A DNA stretch of 55,884 nucleotides, taken from contig CAZEVX010000001.1 of assembly GCA_964515705.1 (NCBI GenBank), positions 1 through 55,884 of the forward strand, in the 5' to 3' direction. Every line of letters begins with the position of its first letter. Position 1 is the stretch's first letter. This DNA comes from an uncultured Verrucomicrobiota bacterium (lineage in GTDB: Bacteria > Verrucomicrobiota > Kiritimatiellia > JAAZAB01). A program made the position numbers and the translations under genes. The notes under the pieces were generated by a model. It did not search any database. It saw nothing but the letters and a program-made list of their open reading frames with translations, and was not told the origin of the DNA. Shown in pieces: positions 23,306 through 31,384 of this stretch.

Positions 23306-26026
23306 ATGGCGATCCCGATCTGGCCCGTGCTGCGTCGGTACGCCGCCGATCACCTGCGCCGGATCGCGCTGCCGCTCGGCGGCATCGGGACCGGGACGGT
23401 CTCGCTGGGCGGCCGCGGCGACCTGCGCGACTGGGAAGTCATGAACCGGCCGGCCAAGGGATTTGTTCCCAGGCTCCACGGCCGCGTGGGCCCGTTCTTC
23501 GCGCTCTACGCGCGCGCCGCCGGAGGGCGCGCCGCGGCCCGCGTTCTCGAAGGGCCGCTGGACACCGAATGCTACGAAGGCAGCAACGGCGTCCCGGGCG
23601 TCAACCACGGCCTGCCGCGGTTCCGCCGCGCCACCTTCGCGGCCGCTTACCCGCTGGGCCAGGTGTGTCTTTCGGATCCGGCCGTCCCGTTGCGCGTCAC
23701 GCTGCAGGCCTTCAATCCCCTGGTGCCCTGCGATCTGGAGGCCAGCAGCTGGCCGGCGGCCGTGCTGCGCGTCGGCCTGCACAACCCGTCGCGCGCGCCG
23801 GTGGCGGCAGCCGTCTGCGGGTCGCTGCCCAACTTCATCGGGCAGGACGGCGGGCCGATTGCCCCCGGGATGGACCGCAACCGCAACCTCCGGCGCGCCG
23901 GCCCGGGGCTGCGCGGCATCCTGATGGTCTCGCGCGGGCTCGAGCCGGCCTGCGAACAGAACGGCACGCTGGCCCTTGCCACCACGGCCCGCGGGCCGGT
24001 CACCCATCGGCTCGCCTGGCGCGACCGCGGATGGGGCTCGGCCCTGCTCGATTTCTGGGACGACTTCGCGGCCGACGGCCGGCTCGAACCGCGCCCATTT
24101 TCCGCCCGGGCCGCGACGGCGATGGCCTCGCTGGCGGTCTCCCTGGTCGTTCCGCCGCGCGGTACCCGGGCCGTGGTCTTTCTGATCACATGGCATTTTC
24201 CAAACAGGTATTCCTGGACTCGCAAGGCCAAGGACGCCGGGCCCGGCCGCGGCATCACCCGCCGGTCCGACTGGATTGGCAACCACTACACCACGCGGTT
24301 CCGGGACGCCTGGGATGTTGCCGCGCGGCTGGCGCCACGGCTCCCGGGACTCGAGCGGCGCACGCTGGTCTTCGTGTCATCGTTCTGCCGGCAGGATCTG
24401 CCGGCCGAGGTCAAGGAAGCCACGCTCTTCAACCTGTCTACGCTCCGCTCGCAGACCTGTTTCCGCACGCCGGACGGCCGCTTCTTCGGCTTCGAGGGCT
24501 GCGGCGATCACCAGGGCTGCTGTCTCGGCTCGTGCACGCACGTCTGGAACTACGAGCAAGCCGTCCCGTTCCTTTTCGGAGGGCTGGCGCGGAGCATGCG
24601 CGAGGTCGAGTTCCGGCACGCCACCGACCGCCGGGGCTTGATGTCGTTCCGCGTCCATTTGCCCCTGCGCCGCGCGCGCGAGTTCGGCAAGGCGGCCGCC
24701 GACGGCCAAATGGGCTGCCTGCTGAAACTTTACCGCGACTGGCAATTGTCGGGGGACGACGCCTGGCTCCGGCGGCTATGGCCGGCGGCGCGCCGCGCGC
24801 TGGCCTTCTGCTGGACGCCCGGCGGCTGGGACGCCGATGCCGACGGCGTCATGGAGGGATGCCAGCACAACACCATGGACGTCGAATATTACGGGCCGAA
24901 CCCCCAGATGCAGGGCTGGTACCTGGGGGCGCTGCGCGCGGCGGAGGAGATCGCCGGTTATCTCGGCGAGGCCGCCTTTGCTGACCGCTGCCGCCGGCTC
25001 TTCGAGCGCGGGCGCGCCTGGATGGACGCGCACCTGTTCAACGGCGCCTACTACGAGCAGCGCGTGCAATCGCCGGGGCGGCACGCCGTGGCGGCAGGCC
25101 TGCGCCTGCACACGGGCGCCCGCGTCCGCGGGACCCCCGCATACCAGCTCGGTGCCGGCTGCCTGGTAGACCAGCTCGCTGGCCAAGTCCTGGCTCACGT
25201 CTGCGGGTTGGGGTACCTCCACGACCCGCGGCACGTTCGGCGCACGTTGCGCAGTATCTGGCACCGCAACCGCCGCGCCTCCCTGCACGCCCACTTCAAC
25301 TGCATGCGCTCCTACGCGCTCGGGGACGAGGCCGCTCTGCTGATGGCCGCCTATCCCAAGACGCGGCCCGCCAATCCGTTCCCGTATTTCACCGAAGTCA
25401 TGACCGGCTTCGAGTACACGGCGGCCGTCGGCATGCTCTACGAGGGGTTGATTCCACGGGGCCTGCAAGTCATCCGCGACGTGCGCGCCCGTTACGACGG
25501 CCGTAAGCGCAACCCGTTCGACGAGGCCGAATGCGGGCACCACTACGCCCGCGCCATGATTGCCTGGGCCGCGCTCCTCGCCCTTGCGGGATTCCAGTAC
25601 TCGGCGGTCAGCCGACGCCTGGCTTTGTCGGCCTGGAGCGGGACCCGGTTCTGGTCCACCGGCTACGCCTGGGGTGAGGTTTGCCAGACTCCCGCGCCGG
25701 GTGGCGCGCGACGGCTCGTTTTGCGCGTCCTCGGCGGAGTCCTGCCGCTGCGGGCGCTCGAGATCGCCAGGCTGGGCCGCGTCGTCTGGCCGCGCACCCG
25801 GCGGCTCCGCGCCGGCGCGCGCGTCTCGGTCACCGTCCGCCCCGCTCCGCGGGCAAGCACCGCGGGACTCAGCGAGCCAGGGACGACGGGCATTCCAGCC
25901 CGTGGGTCTCCATCAGCACGGCGTCGGCCAGCAGCGTGCGCGCCGGGCCGTCGGCCGCCAGGCAGCCGCCGTCCAGCACCAGCACCCGCGCGCACAGGGC
26001 CAGCACCAGTTCCAGGTCGTGCGTGA
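23306..26026 (+). CDS. GH116-like (GBA2-type beta-glucosidase family) glycoside hydrolase
   Basis: N-terminal domain RIALPLGGIGTGTVSLGGRGDLRDWEVMNRP. Catalytic region FEGCGDHQGCCLGSCTHVWNYEQA. The last ~55 codons are low-complexity and lie antisense to cbiO, so the true C-terminus is uncertain. Confidence 0.75.
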   Translation: MAIPIWPVLRRYAADHLRRIALPLGGIGTGTVSLGGRGDLRDWEVMNRPAKGFVPRLHGRVGPFFALYARAAGGRAAARVLEGPLDTECYEGSNGVPGVNHGLPRFRRATFAAAYPLGQVCLSDPAVPLRVTLQAFNPLVPCDLEASSWPAAVLRVGLHNPSRAPVAAAVCGSLPNFIGQDGGPIAPGMDRNRNLRRAGPGLRGILMVSRGLEPACEQNGTLALATTARGPVTHRLAWRDRGWGSALLDFWDDFAADGRLEPRPFSARAATAMASLAVSLVVPPRGTRAVVFLITWHFPNRYSWTRKAKDAGPGRGITRRSDWIGNHYTTRFRDAWDVAARLAPRLPGLERRTLVFVSSFCRQDLPAEVKEATLFNLSTLRSQTCFRTPDGRFFGFEGCGDHQGCCLGSCTHVWNYEQAVPFLFGGLARSMREVEFRHATDRRGLMSFRVHLPLRRAREFGKAAADGQMGCLLKLYRDWQLSGDDAWLRRLWPAARRALAFCWTPGGWDADADGVMEGCQHNTMDVEYYGPNPQMQGWYLGALRAAEEIAGYLGEAAFADRCRRLFERGRAWMDAHLFNGAYYEQRVQSPGRHAVAAGLRLHTGARVRGTPAYQLGAGCLVDQLAGQVLAHVCGLGYLHDPRHVRRTLRSIWHRNRRASLHAHFNCMRSYALGDEAALLMAAYPKTRPANPFPYFTEVMTGFEYTAAVGMLYEGLIPRGLQVIRDVRARYDGRKRNPFDEAECGHHYARAMIAWAALLALAGFQYSAVSRRLALSAWSGTRFWSTGYAWGEVCQTPAPGGARRLVLRVLGGVLPLRALEIARLGRVVWPRTRRLRAGARVSVTVRPAPRASTAGLSEPGTTGIPARGSPSARRRPAACAPGRRPPGSRRPAPAPARTGPAPVPGRA

Positions 26027-26597
26027 TCAGGAGCTTGGCCTGGGGCAGCGCCCGGAGCTGGGCGATGACCTCGCGCCGCGCGCGCGGGTCTAGGAAAGCC
26101 GTCGGCTCGTCCAGCACCAGCAGGCGCGGCTGCATGATCAGGATGCCCGCCAGCGTGGCCAGGCGCTTTTGGCCGGCTGACAGATGCCCCGGAAAGCGGG
26201 ACGCCGTGTCGGCGATCCCCAGCGCGCGCAGCCAGTGCTCCGCCTCGGCGCGCACCCGGTCGGGCGGCGCGCCGGCGGCCAGCGGTCCGAAACAGACGTC
26301 GTCCAGCACGGTGGGCATGATCAACTGGTCGTCGGGATTCGTGAACCCGAACCCGATCTCCGCGCGCATCCCGGCCCAGTCGCGCGGGCCAACCGGCCGG
26401 CCGCGCCAGCGGAGGGTTCCTGCGGTTGGCGTGAGCCAGCCGGCGAGCACCATGGCCAGGGTCGTTTTACCGGAGCCGTTCGGCCCAACCAACCCGACGG
26501 TCTCGCCCTCGGCAATCGCGGCGCTCACGCCGCGCAGCGCCGGCGTGCCGTCGGGATACCGAAAGGCCATGGACTCCATTTCCAGCATCGCCCGCAT
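25869..26597 (-). CDS. cbiO: ECF-type Ni/Co transporter ATPase component
   Basis: Walker A GPNGSGKTT, signature LSAGQKRLATLAG, Walker B LLVLDEPTAFLD. It sits downstream of cbiQ. Metal specificity (Ni versus Co) is not decidable from sequence. Confidence 0.85.
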   Translation of the reverse strand: MRAMLEMESMAFRYPDGTPALRGVSAAIAEGETVGLVGPNGSGKTTLAMVLAGWLTPTAGTLRWRGRPVGPRDWAGMRAEIGFGFTNPDDQLIMPTVLDDVCFGPLAAGAPPDRVRAEAEHWLRALGIADTASRFPGHLSAGQKRLATLAGILIMQPRLLVLDEPTAFLDPRARREVIAQLRALPQAKLLITHDLELVLALCARVLVLDGGCLAADGPARTLLADAVLMETHGLECPSSLAR

Positions 26598-26625
26598 GGT
26601 GTTGTTCCATGGCGTGGTTGTCGCG

Positions 26626-27411
26626 CTACACGATCAGGTGTCCGACCCAGTCGGTCACCGGCGCGAAGCGCGCCGCCAGACAGAAGGCGCTGCCGCCCAG
26701 CAGGAGCGCCGTGTCGCGCGCGCGCCAGGCCGGGGACGGCAGACAGGGAAACTCTCCGCGGAAGCCGCGCTGTTCCAGCGCCCAGGCAATGCGTTCGGCG
26801 CGTTCCCAGGCCCGTGTGACCAGCAGGCTCAGCAGGCGGCCGGCCGTGCCGAGCCGCGGCAGCGCGCGCCGCGGTTCGCGCAGCCGCCGCGCCAGCGACA
26901 TCCGGGCGCCTTCGTCAACCATCTCGAACAGGTACCGGTAGAGGAGCTGCAGCTGGTTGACGAACGCCGCCGGCACGCGCAGGCGCCGCAAGCCCTGCAG
27001 CAGCCCGGCCATCGAGGTCGTGGCCACCAGCACCAGCGCCATGCCGGTGCACAGCAGGAACCGCAGGGCGATCGAGGCCAGCGAGAGCCAGCCGGCCGGC
27101 ACCTCCCAATCGCCCAGCCGCAGGCCGGGGGCGCGGTCCAGGAGCGGATTGAGCAGGCCCGGCAGCACGGCCAGCGGGGCGGCCCAGAGCAGCAACCGCC
27201 CGACCGGGCGCCACGGCACGCGGCCCAGGATGCCCAGGGCCAGCGGCACGGCCAGGAGCGGGACCAGCGGCGCCACGGCGTGCTTCGGGAACGACGTCAC
27301 GCAGACAATGAAGATCAGCGCGAGCAGCAGCTTGGCGCGGCTGTCCACGCGGTGCGCCGCGCTGCGGCCGTACCCTAGCCGGTCCAATTGCTGTGCCGGA
27401 TGGCAACTCAT
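26626..27411 (-). CDS. cbiQ: ECF transporter transmembrane (T) component CbiQ-like
   Basis: 261-aa polytopic protein located between cbiM and cbiO. It has Arg-rich cytoplasmic loops typical of T components. Confidence 0.7.
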   Translation of the reverse strand: MSCHPAQQLDRLGYGRSAAHRVDSRAKLLLALIFIVCVTSFPKHAVAPLVPLLAVPLALGILGRVPWRPVGRLLLWAAPLAVLPGLLNPLLDRAPGLRLGDWEVPAGWLSLASIALRFLLCTGMALVLVATTSMAGLLQGLRRLRVPAAFVNQLQLLYRYLFEMVDEGARMSLARRLREPRRALPRLGTAGRLLSLLVTRAWERAERIAWALEQRGFRGEFPCLPSPAWRARDTALLLGGSAFCLAARFAPVTDWVGHLIV

Positions 27412-27564
27412 GAAGCGCCGCCTTGTTCAGGACTCGTCCGCCGACTGCCGACGGCGCGCGCCGCCCGGGATCCGTCCGCGCGCCGCGGCTCGTAGGATAG
27501 CCGGCGAGGCCCGTCGCGGCAACCTCCATGTTCGCGCCGCGGGATCCGGCCACGACGGCGCCGG

Positions 27565-28620
27565 TCAGGGCGCCGCGGGCGGCGCGGCGCGACGGGACAG
27601 CGCGCGTCCCAGGATCCAGCCGGCCAGCAGAATCACGCCGGCGGTCAGCGCCGCGCCGACCAGGCCCGCCAGCGACGTGCCGGCGCTGACCGCCGGCCAG
27701 GCGCCGGCCGCTTGCGGCGCGGCCGGCTCCGGGTCGGCGGCGGCGAATCCGTAATCCGGCAGCAAGGCGGTTTTGGACTGGATGGCTTGCCGGCGGGATT
27801 CCAGGCGCCCGCCGCGGTCCGCCAGCGCGGGCGGCCCGGTGATTTTTTCCAGGGACCATTCCAACCCGTCCGGATGGGGCGAGGCGAACCAGGCCACGAC
27901 CATGCCGACGAACAGCACCGCGCCCGCCAGCGCGGCCAGGCCGGCGGCGCCGGACCTGCGCCCGGCGCCGACGGGCGTCCCGAGTTCCGAAACGCGGTCC
28001 GGCAGCGTGCGCCAGACCCAGAGCGCCACGACCGCGGTCATCAATCCCTCGGCGACGGCGATCGGCAGGTGGATGCCCAGCATGATCCCGGCAAAGGCGC
28101 CGAACGGCAGATCTGCGCGTCCCGAAAGCACGGTCTCGAGGACGACGCTGAACGCGCCCAGTTCCAGGGCGAGCACCGCGGCCAGCACGGCGCCGACCAG
28201 CACGCGGCCGGGCGACCGCGCCGCGCCGGCCACCGCCCGGAACACCGGCAGCCCCACGAATGCCGGCCAGAAGCCCAGGTTGAACATATTGCCGCCCAGC
28301 GCCAGCAGCCCGCCGTCGGCAAAGAACAAGCACTGCACCGCGAGCACGGAGGCGATGATCAGCAACGCCGGCCAGGGGCCGAACAGCACCGCCAGCAGCA
28401 GGCCGCCGCCAATGTGGCCGCTCGAACCGGTGCCCGGGATCGAAAAATTGATCATCTGGGCCGCGAATACGAACGCGCCCATCAGCCCCATCAGCGGCAG
28501 CACGCGCCGGTAGTGCGGCAGGCGCGCCGTGCGCGCCGCCGCCGCCGCCAGCAGGGTTCCCGAGACCGCGTAGCCGGCGGCGCCCACCGCCGGAGACATC
28601 AAGGCATCCGCCATGTGCAT
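27565..28620 (-). CDS. cbiM: CbiM/NikM-type substrate-capture component fused to a C-terminal PDGLE domain
   Basis: The start is set at ATG 28620 (GGGAGA 6 nt upstream). This gives the N-terminus MHMADALMSP, i.e. the Met1-His2 metal-binding N-terminus of the family. Also AAQMINFSIPGTGSSGHIGGG. The C-terminal ASPHPDGLEWSLEK is the PDGLE motif, followed by a final TM segment. Confidence 0.8.
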   Translation of the reverse strand: MHMADALMSPAVGAAGYAVSGTLLAAAAARTARLPHYRRVLPLMGLMGAFVFAAQMINFSIPGTGSSGHIGGGLLLAVLFGPWPALLIIASVLAVQCLFFADGGLLALGGNMFNLGFWPAFVGLPVFRAVAGAARSPGRVLVGAVLAAVLALELGAFSVVLETVLSGRADLPFGAFAGIMLGIHLPIAVAEGLMTAVVALWVWRTLPDRVSELGTPVGAGRRSGAAGLAALAGAVLFVGMVVAWFASPHPDGLEWSLEKITGPPALADRGGRLESRRQAIQSKTALLPDYGFAAADPEPAAPQAAGAWPAVSAGTSLAGLVGAALTAGVILLAGWILGRALSRRAAPPAAP

Positions 28621-28711
28621 GGATTGTCTCCCGGGCCGGGGACGGACCGCGTCCGCCCCCGGCATGGTTTCAGGTCGTCCCGCCCGCGGCAAGCCCGGAG
28701 CGGGTGCGAAT

Positions 28712-29503
28712 TCAGAACGTGCCGTTGACCGCCACCCCGTACACCAACCGGCTGGTGTCCACGTAGATCTCGCGGGCGCCGTCCTCGATGTCGCCGTCCG
28801 GCAGCCACATGTAGAGCGCCTGCAGGCTGACGCGCCAGTCCTCGGTGAGCCGCCAGGTCGCCCGGGCATAGAGGTTGCCGTCGTTGAGCGCGTTGATCCG
28901 GGGCCCGAAGTAATACTCGTTGTAGGATTTTGAGCCCCAGCCCGCGGCCACCCCCGGCGTCAGCGTCAGCCGGTCCGGCCAGAGCGCGAGCGCGTGCTCG
29001 AGGCCGGCGTAGACGTAGACGCCGTCGGCCTCGTCCACGTCCCAGTTGATTTCCAGGTAGGGCGTCAGGATGGCGTTCGGCCATGTGCCGGCCGCGAAGA
29101 GCTCGCGGGTCGCCGGCGCCGTTGTGTTCGGGAACTCGAAGTCCACGAGCCCGACGCTGGCCTCGAGCGGTTTGAGCGGCAGGTCGTAGGCGGCGACCAG
29201 GTTGAGCTCGCTGAAATCGCGCGTGCCGAGGGCGTTCCGCCCGAGGTTGAAGTTCCCCCAAAACGTCAGGCGCAGGCCGCGCGCGGCGGCCTCGACCGTC
29301 GGCTGGACCACCGGCTGGTCGGTGTTGATCTGGCCGCGCGAGGCGTAGGCCGACCAGACCTCGACCGCCGTCTCCAGGGAGACCGCCGGCGCCTCCGCGC
29401 GCGCCCGGGGCAGCCGCTCCCGCAGCGCCGGCGCCGCGGGGTCCGCCGCCTGCCCGGCGGCCGGCGCCAGGACCGCCGCCGCCAGCAGGGCCGCCCGTTG
29501 CAT
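28712..29503 (-). CDS. Putative outer-membrane beta-barrel porin (TorF/Gcw_chp-like)
   Basis: Signal peptide MQRAALLAAAVLAPAAGQAA. Alternating amphipathic strands. The C-terminal residue is Phe (GVAVNGTF). The similarity to TorF-family porins is from memory only. Confidence 0.6.
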   Translation of the reverse strand: MQRAALLAAAVLAPAAGQAADPAAPALRERLPRARAEAPAVSLETAVEVWSAYASRGQINTDQPVVQPTVEAAARGLRLTFWGNFNLGRNALGTRDFSELNLVAAYDLPLKPLEASVGLVDFEFPNTTAPATRELFAAGTWPNAILTPYLEINWDVDEADGVYVYAGLEHALALWPDRLTLTPGVAAGWGSKSYNEYYFGPRINALNDGNLYARATWRLTEDWRVSLQALYMWLPDGDIEDGAREIYVDTSRLVYGVAVNGTF

Positions 29504-29580
29504 CGTCCGTCGTCCCAAGGGATCCGTCCTTTCCGCGGGCGGGCGCCCGCGCGCGGCGTCCGCCGCTGGGTTCCGCCTTT

Positions 29581-29616
29581 AGTAATACTATTAATATAAT
29601 AATAATACCACGTCAA
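29581..29616 (-). promoter_or_regulatory. AT-rich promoter/operator island upstream of the porin-cbiMQO genes
   Basis: On the minus strand, TTGACG (29616-29611) is followed by ggtattattattatattaatagtattact. The best -10 is AATAGT at an 18-nt spacer. The plus strand contains TATAAT-AATAAT hexamers (29595-29606) that resemble Fur-family boxes. It is the only such AT island in this GC-rich spacer. Confidence 0.5.
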
Positions 29617-29840
29617 GCGGTTATCGGCGGGCCATGCGGCCCGCGCGAAGCGGGGGCGCGGCCGAGCCTCGCCCGCCAGGTGCCAGCGCCTCATCGGCCT
29701 CCGTGGAGGGCGCGCCCCGCACGCGGCGGACGGCCATGTTCCGAGGCGTTGGCGAGACGCCTTCAGGCGGTCTTGGGTCAGCCTGCGAAGGCTGTTGACG
29801 GGGGCGTCCCCGCGGCCTTGTGCCGCGGGACGCGCACCCG

Positions 29841-30863
29841 TCAGTTGCGCTCGTGGGAGCCGAGCCAGCGGCGCACCCGGCCGTAGCCCAGAAGCTGGTC
29901 GGTGAGGAAGGTGGCGAGGTACTGGAACGGCACGCCGCCGAGCGTGGGACGGCGCAATCGGTCACAATCGCGGCAGAGCGGCAGGCTCGCGAGGTCCGTT
30001 GCCAGCCGGCGGCGCAGGTCGCGGTAGGCGGCGCCGTTCCAGATGTCGGCCAGGGATTCCGCGGCGGCGTTGCCGAGGCGCAGCCCGGCGAAGAAATCCT
30101 GGGGGCAGGGGGTCACCGTGCCGTCGGCGCAGATCACCATCGCGTACCACGGGAAGGTGCAGACGGAGCCGGGCGGCGGGCCGGCGGCGGGCGGGGCGCC
30201 GGGGGTAGCCCAGACGTATTCCTCCTTCTCGATGATCTCGTCGACGCCGGCCTGGAGGAACCGGCGGCGCAGGGCCTCGACGGCGGCGGGGTCGCCGGCG
30301 GCGGCGGGGTCGCGGAAGCGGATCTTTTCGATGACGACGTACGGCCGTTTCAGGCCGCGCGCGCGGCGGCGCGCGACGAGCCGCAGGATATTGTCGCGGG
30401 TGACCTCGAAGCGGGCGTTAACCCGGATGCGCTCGTAGACTTCGGGGACGAACCCGTCGAACGAAAACGATACCAGGTCCGGGCCGGCGTCGAGCAGGCG
30501 CTCGGCCTTGGCGGCGTCGAGCAGACTGCCGTTGGTGTGGAAGCGGGTCTTGATCCCGGCCTCCCGCGCCAGGGCGATCATCTCGAAGAGCGCCGGGTTG
30601 AGCAGCGGCTCGCCGCGGTGGTGCAGGTAGACGTCATGGACCATGCCGCGGGACTCGGCAATGATCCGGCCAAAGAGCGTGGGCTGCATCAGGCCCTTGG
30701 CATCGGCGGCCAGGTCCTTGTTGGGACACATCACGCAGCGCAGATTGCAGGCGCTGGCGGTCTCGATCCAGAGGCGCAGCGGGGGATACGGCAGGGTCTC
30801 GCGGCGCTGGCGATACGCCCGGTAAATGCGGGCCATGCGGATGGCTTTGGCGACTGGATGCAT
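29841..30863 (-). CDS. Radical SAM protein with a C-terminal SPASM-like Cys cluster
   Basis: CX3CX2C motif in ETASACNLRCVMCPNK. C-terminal Cys-rich region CTFPWYAMVICADGTVTPCPQDFF...LPLCRDCD. Confidence 0.8.
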   Translation of the reverse strand: MHPVAKAIRMARIYRAYRQRRETLPYPPLRLWIETASACNLRCVMCPNKDLAADAKGLMQPTLFGRIIAESRGMVHDVYLHHRGEPLLNPALFEMIALAREAGIKTRFHTNGSLLDAAKAERLLDAGPDLVSFSFDGFVPEVYERIRVNARFEVTRDNILRLVARRRARGLKRPYVVIEKIRFRDPAAAGDPAAVEALRRRFLQAGVDEIIEKEEYVWATPGAPPAAGPPPGSVCTFPWYAMVICADGTVTPCPQDFFAGLRLGNAAAESLADIWNGAAYRDLRRRLATDLASLPLCRDCDRLRRPTLGGVPFQYLATFLTDQLLGYGRVRRWLGSHERN

Positions 30864-30887
30864 GCGCGTCCCCGTGCCCGACGGCGG

Positions 30888-31241
30888 CTAGAGCGGGACT
30901 TCCCGGAGATACCCGGCCCGTTCCGGGTTGTCGGTTTCTCCCACGCAACAGACACCGTCGCGCAGGGCGAGATCGGGCGGGCGGAAGCTGTGGGCCTCGC
31001 GCGTGGCCACGTCGGCCACCATCGTGCGTCTGCGCGGCGCCCGGTGGTCGGCGAACAGCTTCACGTGCCCGTCGTCGCCGCGGGTGCCGGACAGCCGGTC
31101 ATCGGGCACGAGGACCAGGCCGGGCATGCGCGGGCAGGGCAACGGGCAGCCGAGGTATTCGATCCGGCCGGCGGCGGGGTCCAGCCGCGGCCGGTCGCAG
31201 CGCACGTCGAGTCCCGAAATACTGTAGCAGGTTATGGCCAT
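30888..31241 (-). CDS. Small Cys-containing hypothetical protein (117 aa) immediately upstream of the radical SAM gene
   Basis: The start is set at ATG 31241 (MAITCYSISG). GC3 is coding-like in the codons I checked. There are six Cys, including LGCPLPCP and a CC pair near the C-terminus. No family is recognised. Confidence 0.45.
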   Translation of the reverse strand: MAITCYSISGLDVRCDRPRLDPAAGRIEYLGCPLPCPRMPGLVLVPDDRLSGTRGDDGHVKLFADHRAPRRRTMVADVATREAHSFRPPDLALRDGVCCVGETDNPERAGYLREVPL

Positions 31242-31384
31242 GCCCGGATATCGTTCGCTCTGGCCGCTGGCGTCGCGGCTCCCGCGGGGAACTATGGCGG
31301 ATCGCCGGCCGCCTGTCAACCCGCGCCGCCGGGCGACTCCGGGCTTTACATGCTGGCGCCGCGCCTCTAGGCTCGTGACCGACG

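Noticed and set aside
29671-29685. Sigma54-like element TGGCAC-N5-GGGC on the minus strand upstream of the porin gene
   Set aside because: The -24 element is perfect and the GG-N10-GC spacing is right. However, the -12 element matches TTGCW only at the GC. It lies upstream of a better sigma70-type promoter. It is too weak to call without a PWM scan.
29519-29840. Possible cobalamin or NiCo riboswitch upstream of the porin-cbiMQO genes
   Set aside because: I found no B12-box (GCCACTG) on the relevant strand. The UTR downstream of the likely promoter is only about 80 nt. NiCo riboswitches normally control exporters.
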